The position numbers and the translations under genes were made by a program. Shown in pieces: positions 37,078 through 45,591 of a stretch of DNA of 59,386 nt. The stretch is taken from IMG/VR virus record IMGVR_UViG_3300011335_000447, positions 1-59,386 of that record. One strand, given 5' to 3'. Under the pieces are notes generated by a model. It ran no database searches. It saw nothing but the letters and a program-made list of their open reading frames with translations, and was not told the DNA's origin. Position 1 is the first letter of the stretch, and every line of letters starts with the position of its first letter. The stretch is from a virus. Its lineage: Duplodnaviria; Caudoviricetes.

Positions 37078-37681
37078 GGTTTTAATAACGGGAAGTGAGG
37101 GGCATCTTGGCCGTGCGCTGCGTGCGGCGTTCACCGCGCAGGGGGATTTTGTTCTTGGAATGGACTTGCCTGGGATCGGGGTTGATCTTGAGTGCGATTT
37201 AGATAACGACCCTATCGAAAACCTCATATGGGACATTCGCTACCTCAAGCCTGAGATTGTTATTTGCAATGCAAAAGTGCGGAAGTGGGAGGCTCATCAC
37301 GCGCTTGCTAAGTGTGCCACCCAAGCAATCGTCAACATTGGCTCGATCTACGGAGTATTAGGAAGTGACCCGTCGCTCTACGAAGGTACGGAAGTCGAGC
37401 CAACTCCAGCGTGGTACGCGGCCAGCAAGGGCGCACTCATTGCGCTCACCAAATGGCAAGCAACCAACTTCGCTCCTGTTCGTTCCAACGCTGTTTGTCC
37501 AGGTGGAATTTTTAGAGGACACTCTGAAGAATTTAACAAACGCTATTCTAAAAGGGTTCCTCTCGGGCGCATGGCAACCGAGGACGATATTGTAGGGCCG
37601 GTGCTGTTTCTGTGTTCCGACGCGGCGCGTTACATCACTGGCCAAGTGCTGATGGTCGATGGAGGATATTCGTCGTGGTAG
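37064..37681 (+). CDS. SDR oxidoreductase (PtmA-like)
   Basis: TGSEGHLG, SIYG, YAASK, PGGI, VPLGRMA, GQVLMVDGG; SD ggagg. Confidence 0.85.
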   Translation: MSGRKVLITGSEGHLGRALRAAFTAQGDFVLGMDLPGIGVDLECDLDNDPIENLIWDIRYLKPEIVICNAKVRKWEAHHALAKCATQAIVNIGSIYGVLGSDPSLYEGTEVEPTPAWYAASKGALIALTKWQATNFAPVRSNAVCPGGIFRGHSEEFNKRYSKRVPLGRMATEDDIVGPVLFLCSDAARYITGQVLMVDGGYSSW

Positions 37682-38247
37682 ACATTGCTATTATAGGAAA
37701 TGGATCGCACGCCAAGATGATTGGTAATTTGTTTTTGTCTGGTACAAAAACTTACGCACGACTTGTTTATTCAGATAAAATTGTTTGTCTTAATGTAAAA
37801 AAAATAATTGTTGGCATTGGTAATAGACCAACACTCAAAGATTCGGATTTGTTTAAAAGAAAAAAAACATTTAATTTAAACAACGTTGCGTGTCTCAAAG
37901 TAAAATCAAAAAACGCTATTATCTTAGGAAAAATATTTAACGCCGTTCAAGTCATGCCGGGGGCTGTTATTAATTACGGAGCGTTGGTGCGAGAGAACAC
38001 CATCATCAACACCGCTGCGGTTGTCGAGCATGATTGCGATGTTGGCGCACATTGCCACATTGCGCCCAACGCTACGCTGTGCGGCGGGGTGAAGGTTGGC
38101 GAACTGACGCACATTGGCGCGGGGTCTGTTGTGCTTCAGGGAATTACGATTGGATCGGGCTGCGTTGTTGGCGCTGGCTCGGTCGTGACCAAAGACATGC
38201 CTGACAACACCACATGGATAGGGACGAAGTTCCATGACCGAGTTTAA
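37675..38247 (+). CDS. Sugar N/O-acetyltransferase (PglD/NeuD/LegH family)
   Basis: IGNGSHAK, VGIGN, IINTAAVVEHDC, hexapeptide repeats. Confidence 0.88.
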   Translation: MVDIAIIGNGSHAKMIGNLFLSGTKTYARLVYSDKIVCLNVKKIIVGIGNRPTLKDSDLFKRKKTFNLNNVACLKVKSKNAIILGKIFNAVQVMPGAVINYGALVRENTIINTAAVVEHDCDVGAHCHIAPNATLCGGVKVGELTHIGAGSVVLQGITIGSGCVVGAGSVVTKDMPDNTTWIGTKFHDRV

Positions 38248-39193
38248 CCGCGTAACCGTTGTCAGTAATTCTCGCGCCGAAGACGGGCCGTTAGAATCTG
38301 TAATTAAAGTTATGCCTGGATGTTCTGTAACACGGTTTATTTCAGATGGCATGTCTCCAGCCGTTGCGATTGCCCAAGCAATTATTTACTTCACTGTTGC
38401 GTTTGAAACACAAAAGCCAAAACTTGTTGTTTTGTTAGGAGACAGGTATGAAACGCTTGCGGCTGCGCTGGCGTCTATGTTCTCGGCTATACCCATTGCC
38501 CACATTGGTGGCGGAGAAACCACTATTGGAGCATTTGATGACGCCATGCGTCATAGCATCAGTCATATGGCATCGCTTCATTTTGTGGCTGCAAATGAGT
38601 TTGCCGCTAAGTTAATAAACATGGGTATTGAACCAAATAACATTTTTACAAGCGGAGCTTCAGGATTAGACGGCGTTGAAGGCAATAGCGCCAAACGTGA
38701 TAAAAACGAAATATTAGTTACGTATCATTCAGAAACACGATTACCAGATTACGGCATTAATAATTTTAAAAAAGCTCTTTTAATTTTAGATAAATATTAC
38801 AAAGACGGTTACAACATTATTTTTTGCGGCGTAAATAACGACCCTGGCTCAGAAGAAATTAACAAAATAATTAAAGATTATTGTGATCTACGTTCATGCG
38901 CCAACATTTCTCCAAGCATGAATCACAGTGATTATGTGAAGAAAATGCAGCACGCTTCTCTTGTTGTTGGCAACTCTTCTGCTGGCGTAATTGAAGCTCC
39001 TTGGGTTGGAGTTCCCAGCATTAACATTGGAGATCGTCAAAAAGGACGCCCATTGGCTAGTTCTGTTTACAAATCTATTAATCAAATTGAAGCTGCTTTA
39101 AAACACAAAGAAGATTGGAATCCGTTTTATAAAAACGGTGCTGCTCCTAGAATTGCTTCTAGAATTAAACATTGGCTTAACAATGAAAAATAA
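38234..39193 (+). CDS. neuC: Hydrolysing UDP-sugar 2-epimerase (NeuC/LegG family)
   Basis: SRAE, LGDRYE, HIGGGE, DDAMRHSIS, GNSSAG..EAP, NIGDRQKGR. Confidence 0.9.
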   Translation: MTEFNRVTVVSNSRAEDGPLESVIKVMPGCSVTRFISDGMSPAVAIAQAIIYFTVAFETQKPKLVVLLGDRYETLAAALASMFSAIPIAHIGGGETTIGAFDDAMRHSISHMASLHFVAANEFAAKLINMGIEPNNIFTSGASGLDGVEGNSAKRDKNEILVTYHSETRLPDYGINNFKKALLILDKYYKDGYNIIFCGVNNDPGSEEINKIIKDYCDLRSCANISPSMNHSDYVKKMQHASLVVGNSSAGVIEAPWVGVPSINIGDRQKGRPLASSVYKSINQIEAALKHKEDWNPFYKNGAAPRIASRIKHWLNNEK

Positions 39194-39344
39194 TTTAACC
39201 CAGCTAAACGTCAGGCTTTCTATGAATTTAATTGAAGAATTAGAAAAATTTTGCAATAATGGATTAATGTACAAACAAGAAGTTGTTGAGCTTGCTATTA
39301 GACGTTTTTTAAATGCAGAAAAATCTAAAGTTAAAAATGCATAA
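39183..39344 (+). CDS. Ribbon-helix-helix protein
   Basis: QLNVRLSMNLIEELEKFC...KQEVVELAIRRFL. Confidence 0.65.
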   Translation: MKNNLTQLNVRLSMNLIEELEKFCNNGLMYKQEVVELAIRRFLNAEKSKVKNA

Positions 39345-39579
39345 AATTCCAAAAATTTGTATTAACAATGATTTGCCAGATGGCATTTTAATTGGTTACG
39401 ACAATTTGGGGACCGTTGTTTGTTGTCTTGAGTTTCATCCCAATTATAATTTTTATTTTGGCAGTGAAAATTATAGAGATTTAGTTTGCGAATGGAGCGT
39501 TTGCAGATCACATGCGCTTAGAATTGCAACAATTATTTCCTGGAGAGAAAGTAATTACTTTTGCATTGGGAACGCATAA
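39337..39579 (+). CDS. Hypothetical protein
   Basis: AT-rich ORF overlapping upstream stop. Confidence 0.4.
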   Translation: MHKIPKICINNDLPDGILIGYDNLGTVVCCLEFHPNYNFYFGSENYRDLVCEWSVCRSHALRIATIISWRESNYFCIGNA

Positions 39580-39594
39580 TTTTAGGAAAATAAA

Positions 39595-40095
39595 ATGTTA
39601 AATATTCCACCCGACATTGAGCGTGACGCTATATTTGTAAAAATATATTTGCAAACTGGAGACGGTTTGGATGCGTGTAAACGCGCTGGCTTTGTTATTA
39701 ATGGTTATGACGACCGAACTGTTGCGGAATATTTGCTTGACCGGCTGGACATTCAAGCTGCATTGCAGTTGGCCAAAGAGTCTCAAAATTACAAACCAGC
39801 CGTGGTAGAAATCACGCGAGAAAGCATCATATCTGATTTGGACACAATTCATCAATCAGCTATGTTTGATAAAGACTACACCCCGGCTATTGCTGCTAAA
39901 AAATTGCAAGCGCAACTTATGGGCGTATTGCAAGAAAATGTGCAAGTTACACACAAGATGGATGTGACGCGCATGACCGATGAGCAATTGATTAACATGA
40001 TAGCCTTAAAATCTAAACGTGAAGATTTAAGAATGATTGACATCACGCCTGTCGGGTTAGGTCAGATTAAAAGCACCGCAACAACCAGTATTTAA
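39595..40095 (+). CDS. terS: Terminase small subunit
   Basis: FVKIYL..G....AC.RAGF, YLL, ITRESIISDL; upstream of TerL. Confidence 0.7.
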   Translation: MLNIPPDIERDAIFVKIYLQTGDGLDACKRAGFVINGYDDRTVAEYLLDRLDIQAALQLAKESQNYKPAVVEITRESIISDLDTIHQSAMFDKDYTPAIAAKKLQAQLMGVLQENVQVTHKMDVTRMTDEQLINMIALKSKREDLRMIDITPVGLGQIKSTATTSI

Positions 40096-40106
40096 AGGAA
40101 GTATTT

Positions 40107-40289
40107 ATGGCAATTAAATCTAAAGTAAACTCTTCTGGTAACTATACGCAGCCTGGAATGCGTAAAAAACTTTTTAGCCAAATTAAATCAAGTGCTACGC
40201 AGGGCACTGGAGCAGGACAATGGAGCGCCAGAAAGGCTCAGCTTCTTGCTAAGCAGTACAAGGCTAAAGGCGGAGGTTTTAAAGACTAG
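40107..40289 (+). CDS. Small basic protein (N-half of DUF5872-like)
   Basis: NYTQPGMRK, GQWSARKAQLL..Y...GGG. Confidence 0.7.
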   Translation: MAIKSKVNSSGNYTQPGMRKKLFSQIKSSATQGTGAGQWSARKAQLLAKQYKAKGGGFKD

Positions 40290-40291
40290 TT

Positions 40292-40525
40292 ATGAAAAAA
40301 CCACAGACCTCCCTTAAAAATTGGACATCGCAAGAGTGGGGCACCAAATCCGGTAAGCCCTCTAGCAAAACAGGCGAACGCTATCTTCCAAAGGCTGCGA
40401 TTAAAGCATTGTCTCCGCAAGAATATGCAGCGACAACAAAAGCCAAACGCATTGGAAAATCTAAAGGTAAACAATTTGTTCCTCAACCCCCAAAGATTGC
40501 TAGAAAAACTTCTGGTTATAGATAA
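40292..40525 (+). CDS. Small basic protein (C-half of DUF5872-like)
   Basis: QTSLKNWT.Q.W.TKSGK, GERYLP, QFVPQP. Confidence 0.7.
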   Translation: MKKPQTSLKNWTSQEWGTKSGKPSSKTGERYLPKAAIKALSPQEYAATTKAKRIGKSKGKQFVPQPPKIARKTSGYR

Positions 40526-40533
40526 TAAAAATA

Positions 40534-43140
40534 ATGACTGACGAACCTTCTTTAGATGATTTTGCTTTCGAGTTATTGCGCCGTCGTCAAGCGCGAGAGA
40601 ACTTCTCGGACTTCATGAAGTATTTGCACGGCCTTCCCCCGCCGAAACACATGAAGTTTCTGTGCGATAAACTTCAAGATAAAATGAGCCGCAAGGGCGA
40701 CCGGCTTCTGGTTTGCTTTCCCCCTGGCCACGGTAAAAGCACGGTTTCTTCGCTCTATTACCCCGCGTTCTATCTATCTAAAAACCCAACGCACAACATC
40801 ATTACAGTTAGTCACACTGAATCTTTTGCTGAACAGTGGGGCCGTAAGGTTCGTAACTTGATGATGAGCGACGAATACAAGTTTTTGTTTCCAGAAATAA
40901 AAGTTGCAGAAGATAGCCGCTCGGCTGGCCGGTGGGATTTGGTCAACGGCGGCTCGTATTATGCTACGGGTGTCGGCGGCACGGTGACGGGCCGAAGGGC
41001 AGATTGCTTGGCCGGGGATACGATTTTACAAACGCCCAACGGCACTATCCGCATTGAAGATATTGACGTTTGCCCGTCTCCCTGTTATGTTCTGTCTTAT
41101 GACACAGAACGGACGACTGACAGTTCACCAACCTACCGTAGAGTTATTGCTGTTGCACGGCGCAAAACGTCTGAGCGATTTCGAGTTCACACTTCCAATG
41201 GAAGTGTTCTTGAAGCAACGGGAAACCATTTGGTCTTTAACCAAAGGGGTTTCGTCAAGGTCGAAACCTTATGTGTTGGTGACTTACTCTTGCGGAGTGT
41301 GCCAAACACCGAAGTCCACAACGATGGCAGAGGCGGCGAAAAGGACAAGGAAAGGCAGAACGGAATTTTATTGCAGTTTCCCATGTTCAACTCGGGCGAA
41401 CAACGTAGCGCGTGGAATGGTTTTTCAAAGAACGTGCAACGCTTGTGGGGAACCGTTGGGACCAAGATCAAAGACTGGGGTTTCAAAAAGAACTTGCTCG
41501 GAAAAATGTCGGTTAAAAATATTAAGAGAAGTAGGGGTAAGGCGCAGAATACCTGGAGATTGGCGCAATCGTATTTGCGAGACTTGTCAAAAGCCGTTTA
41601 CGGTATCGACAAAAGTATCAACTGGAAAATATTGTTCCAGAACTTGCTCAAGCACCGCCCACAGAGAAAGAATGTCTGGGAAAAACAATCCCGGCTATCT
41701 TCATGGTGGAGAGACAAAGGGCGCTCGCTCCATACGCTTTTCTCATGCGGAGGAGAGAACACAGAAGGGTTGGATGGATTTGCGCTGGCTTATAATACAG
41801 CGGGACGGAAAGGCTTGCGTGGTTTGCAAGAAAGCGCCCAAACGCCAACTTCACTGCCATCATATAAATTTGAATCCGAAAGACAACAGACACGAAAACT
41901 TGGTGGCTCTCTGCCGCCCGTGCCATACGAAACTTCATGCAGCGGAGCGTTCAAAACCGAAAGTGATACTGTTTCCTTGGTTGAGCGAGTATGCGAAGAA
42001 ATCTTTGTCTACGACATAGAAGTAGAGGACACCCACTGCTTCTTCGCCAACGGCATCCTAGTCCACAACTGCGTAATCTGCGACGATCTTTTGAAAGGCG
42101 TTGATGACGCAGAATCAAAACTTGTACGCGATAATATGTGGGATTGGTGGGGTTCTGATTTATCAACTCGTCTGAAGCCTAGCGGCGTGATGGTAATTAT
42201 TGGCACACGCTGGCACCTAGATGACATCATTGGCCGAGTCATGGCCGCTGAGAAGCAGAAGGGTGGCGACAAGTGGGACAAGGTTATTCTCCCGGCTCTG
42301 GCTAAAGACAAAGACCCATTAGGGCGTAAAGAAGGTGAAGCCCTCTGGCCGGAGTGGGAAAGTGAAGTTGCTCTGGCTCGGAGGCGTAACCAGCCGTCGA
42401 TGACTTCTCGGCAGTGGGAATCTCTGTATCAACAAAGCCCAGTTCTTGATTCTGGTAACGTCATCAAACGAGACTGGATCAAAATTTGGAACCAACGCGA
42501 ACCGCCTAAATGTGATTTTATTCTTCAAAGCTGGGATACGGCTATTACATCTAAAAACAAAAGTGCTTTTTCAGTTTGTTTGACGTTTGGAATTTTTACA
42601 GAAGATAAAACGGATTTGCCGTCAATTATCTTGTTGTCCCGCTGGCGGGGCCGTGTGGATTACCCTGAACTCCGCAAAATGGCTCAAAGGCTGGCTAATA
42701 ATTATTTAGACGATAATTTAGAAGTGCCTATGACCGGCAATTTTAAAAAACCTCCAGACATGATTTTGATTGAAGCCAAAGCCACGGGGGAACCTTTGAT
42801 AGCTGATTTGAACCGTGCCGGTATCTCTGCAACACGGTTCAATCCGAACAAGCATGGAGATAAGAACGCTCGACTTTTGCTGACAACGGACATTTTTGAG
42901 AATGGCCGATTTTACGTCCCTGGCCAGCCCCCAAATTACACACTTCCTAGGCGATGGGCCGAAGGCTATGTAAATTCTTTAATTTCATTCCCGGCTTCAG
43001 ATTCACGAGATGATGCCGACGCAACCAGCCAAGCTATTATTCGGATGAAAACCAGTGGCTGGATTAAGAACAGCCTTGATGCTATAGAAGAAGTTCCTTT
43101 CCGCGTAACAAAACGTGCAAACGGGGCACTTTATGGTTAA
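40534..43140 (+). CDS. terL: Terminase large subunit precursor containing an intein
   Basis: PPGHGKS Walker A, GRRAD/CVICDD Walker B split by intein, TRWH.DD, YQQ.P, SWDTA, DD.ADA nuclease. Confidence 0.93.
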   Translation: MTDEPSLDDFAFELLRRRQARENFSDFMKYLHGLPPPKHMKFLCDKLQDKMSRKGDRLLVCFPPGHGKSTVSSLYYPAFYLSKNPTHNIITVSHTESFAEQWGRKVRNLMMSDEYKFLFPEIKVAEDSRSAGRWDLVNGGSYYATGVGGTVTGRRADCLAGDTILQTPNGTIRIEDIDVCPSPCYVLSYDTERTTDSSPTYRRVIAVARRKTSERFRVHTSNGSVLEATGNHLVFNQRGFVKVETLCVGDLLLRSVPNTEVHNDGRGGEKDKERQNGILLQFPMFNSGEQRSAWNGFSKNVQRLWGTVGTKIKDWGFKKNLLGKMSVKNIKRSRGKAQNTWRLAQSYLRDLSKAVYGIDKSINWKILFQNLLKHRPQRKNVWEKQSRLSSWWRDKGRSLHTLFSCGGENTEGLDGFALAYNTAGRKGLRGLQESAQTPTSLPSYKFESERQQTRKLGGSLPPVPYETSCSGAFKTESDTVSLVERVCEEIFVYDIEVEDTHCFFANGILVHNCVICDDLLKGVDDAESKLVRDNMWDWWGSDLSTRLKPSGVMVIIGTRWHLDDIIGRVMAAEKQKGGDKWDKVILPALAKDKDPLGRKEGEALWPEWESEVALARRRNQPSMTSRQWESLYQQSPVLDSGNVIKRDWIKIWNQREPPKCDFILQSWDTAITSKNKSAFSVCLTFGIFTEDKTDLPSIILLSRWRGRVDYPELRKMAQRLANNYLDDNLEVPMTGNFKKPPDMILIEAKATGEPLIADLNRAGISATRFNPNKHGDKNARLLLTTDIFENGRFYVPGQPPNYTLPRRWAEGYVNSLISFPASDSRDDADATSQAIIRMKTSGWIKNSLDAIEEVPFRVTKRANGALYG
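41005..42069 (+). mobile_element. Intein (355 aa) in TerL
   Basis: CLAGDT block A, ATGNHLV block B, VYDIEV..THCFFANGILVHN blocks F/G, +1 Cys. Confidence 0.93.
41273..42019 (+). CDS. HNH homing endonuclease with Zn fingers, nested in the +1 frame of the intein (start uncertain; frame open from 41054)
   Basis: CxxC...CSxxC repeats, MSGKNNP, RDGKACVVC...HCHHI...DNRHENLVALCRPCH..LH. Confidence 0.88.
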   Translation: MLVTYSCGVCQTPKSTTMAEAAKRTRKGRTEFYCSFPCSTRANNVARGMVFQRTCNACGEPLGPRSKTGVSKRTCSEKCRLKILREVGVRRRIPGDWRNRICETCQKPFTVSTKVSTGKYCSRTCSSTAHRERMSGKNNPGYLHGGETKGARSIRFSHAEERTQKGWMDLRWLIIQRDGKACVVCKKAPKRQLHCHHINLNPKDNRHENLVALCRPCHTKLHAAERSKPKVILFPWLSEYAKKSLSTT

Positions 43141-43176
43141 GATACCTATTGTCTCTGTATTTTTAAGTAAATCTGT

Positions 43177-45591
43177 ATGGCCATAGATCGCGCAACCGCC
43201 TCTATACTTGGTTTAAATGATATAACTGGCGGCGATGCTAGTGGTGAAGAATTAAACATTCCTCAAATTGACCCTACGTTTGCCGATGGCGCGTCAATCA
43301 CGCCTGAAGAAGATGGTGGAGAAACTATTGATTTTCAACCACAGGCTGATGAATCCAAACCAGTGGATCACGATGACAATCTGGCCGAATACATGGAGGA
43401 TGATGACCTTCAATCTTTAGCTAACGACATCATTGATTACGTTGGTGAAGACCGAAAATCCCGCGCCGATTGGGAATCTATGTTGTCTCAAGGTTTGACC
43501 TACCTTGGCTTAAAGATTGAAGATAGGTCTATCCCCTTTAGCGGTGCGGCTGGGGTCTTTGATCCAATCTTATTAGAAGCTGTAATTCGTTGGCACGCGA
43601 CGGCTAGCGCCGAGTTAATGCCAGCGTCAGGTCCGGTTAAGACTCAAATCATTGGCCAACCAACGCCGGAAACAGAAGCCCAGGCTTCCCGCGTTAAAGA
43701 GTTTATGAATTATTACTTGATGGAAGGCGCACCTGAGTGGGTTGAACAAAACGACCAAATGTTGTTTTGGCTTCCTCTGGTTGGCTGCACGTTTAAGAAA
43801 ACTTACCAAGACCCCATTTTAAACAGAGTAGTTAGCCCCTTTATTCTACCTCAAGACTTTGTTGTTTCATTTAGCACCGATAATTTAGAGACTTGCCCCC
43901 GCGCTACGCACATCATCAACATGTCTCCCAAAGACATGAAAATGCGTCAGATCAGCGGGTTTTACCGTGATGTTGAATTAAAAGAACCTGATTATTTAGA
44001 TGAAAAAAACTCGTCGTTAAAAGACAAATCTACCTACACTCAAGGTTTAACTACACCCACAGATTCAGACGAAGCGCCTTATGACGTATATGAGTGCCAT
44101 ATTGACCTAGACTTGGTTGGTTTTGAGCATAAAGAAGCCGAAAACGACGATAGCGAAGAAGAGCCTACTGAAACTGGCTTGCCGCTGCCGTACATCGTCA
44201 CAGTCGAGACTGGTTCTAGAAAAGTTCTGTCGATCCGCCGGAACTGGAAAGAAAAAGACCAAACTTATTCTAAAATTCAATATTTTACGCACTTTAAGTT
44301 TGTCCCCGGCCTTGGGTTCTACGGTATTGGCTATGCCCATATTTTGGGTAATACGGCCAAGGGCGCTACATCTTTGCAAAGGCAAATGATAGACGCCGCC
44401 ACCCTGGAGATGTTCCCAGGCGGTCTAAAAGTGAAGGGTATGAGGGGCGACGACAGCAACGTCATGATTGGCCCCTGCGAGTTCCGCGAATTGGATACCG
44501 GAGGGATGCCCATTCAACAGGCCATTATGACGATGCCCTATAAGGGGCCGTCTCCCGTATCTATGGAGCTTTGGAAAGCCACCCGCGAGAACGGGGAGCG
44601 CCTTGGCGGTATGACTGAGGTAGCGGTTGGAGAAGGCCGTCAGGACGCCCCTGTAGGCACCACAGTAGCCCTTCTAGAAGCTTCTAACCGAGTGCAGTCT
44701 GCTACCCTCAAAGCTGCCCACCGCGCCTACAGACGCGAATTTAAGTTATTTGCGGCCCTGTTTGGCCAGTTCTTGCCGGAAGAGCCATATCCATGGCCGG
44801 TAGCCGGTGGTCCGAACGTCATTATGAGGGCTGACTTCTCGGATCAAATTGACGTTATCCCCGTCAGCGATCCCAACATTACGTCCTCTGCCCAGCGCAT
44901 GATGCGTGCCGAAGCCCTGCTTCGATTTGCAACTCAAGCCCCAAATTTGCACGATCAATATCAGGCTTACCGCCAGATGTACGTGGAAATGGGCATAGAC
45001 GAAAAGCGGATTACTGCGCTTCTGCCTCCCAAGGAAGAAGCCAAGCCGATGGACCCGTTGAGCGAAAACCAGAACTTTTTAAACGGCAAGCCCGTCAAAG
45101 TTGGCGCGTACCAAGACCATGATGCCCATATTGCATCTCACACGGTTTTGATGCAGCAAAAGCCTGAGTTGGTAACGGTCCCGGCGCATATTGCCGAGCA
45201 TGAAGCCGCCAAGATGCGGGTTCAGGTTGAACAGATTCTGGGTCAGGCGCTTCCGCCTGAAGGCCAGCAATTGCCGCCTGAAGTTGAAAACCAAATTGCC
45301 GTTTTGGTTGCCAAAGCGATGCAACAGATTTCTAAACCGCAAGGTGGAGAAGACCCCACCCCTGGTCAGATTGCTATGGAGCAGCTTAAAGTTGAAGCCG
45401 CTAAAGTTCAGGCTAAGTTGCAAGAAATTCAATCTAACACCAGCAGCAAGGCATTTACTGAAACGTTAAAGTTAAAATCTAGCCGCGAGGACCGCCTGAC
45501 TCGTGAGCGTATTGCCATGTTGAGTTACGAAAAAGACAGGCAGAAACAAATTTCCCAACCAAAGACTTTCGGGACAAGGAGCAAATTCTAA
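43177..45591 (+). CDS. Portal protein
   Basis: 804 aa after TerL; NLAE, SRADW, GPVKT, PGLGFYG.G, APVGTTVAL, PVSDPN. Confidence 0.88.
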   Translation: MAIDRATASILGLNDITGGDASGEELNIPQIDPTFADGASITPEEDGGETIDFQPQADESKPVDHDDNLAEYMEDDDLQSLANDIIDYVGEDRKSRADWESMLSQGLTYLGLKIEDRSIPFSGAAGVFDPILLEAVIRWHATASAELMPASGPVKTQIIGQPTPETEAQASRVKEFMNYYLMEGAPEWVEQNDQMLFWLPLVGCTFKKTYQDPILNRVVSPFILPQDFVVSFSTDNLETCPRATHIINMSPKDMKMRQISGFYRDVELKEPDYLDEKNSSLKDKSTYTQGLTTPTDSDEAPYDVYECHIDLDLVGFEHKEAENDDSEEEPTETGLPLPYIVTVETGSRKVLSIRRNWKEKDQTYSKIQYFTHFKFVPGLGFYGIGYAHILGNTAKGATSLQRQMIDAATLEMFPGGLKVKGMRGDDSNVMIGPCEFRELDTGGMPIQQAIMTMPYKGPSPVSMELWKATRENGERLGGMTEVAVGEGRQDAPVGTTVALLEASNRVQSATLKAAHRAYRREFKLFAALFGQFLPEEPYPWPVAGGPNVIMRADFSDQIDVIPVSDPNITSSAQRMMRAEALLRFATQAPNLHDQYQAYRQMYVEMGIDEKRITALLPPKEEAKPMDPLSENQNFLNGKPVKVGAYQDHDAHIASHTVLMQQKPELVTVPAHIAEHEAAKMRVQVEQILGQALPPEGQQLPPEVENQIAVLVAKAMQQISKPQGGEDPTPGQIAMEQLKVEAAKVQAKLQEIQSNTSSKAFTETLKLKSSREDRLTRERIAMLSYEKDRQKQISQPKTFGTRSKF

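Noticed and set aside
40107-40525. Frameshifted pseudogene of a DUF5872-like protein
   Set aside because: Both halves have their own start and stop and look like separate small genes
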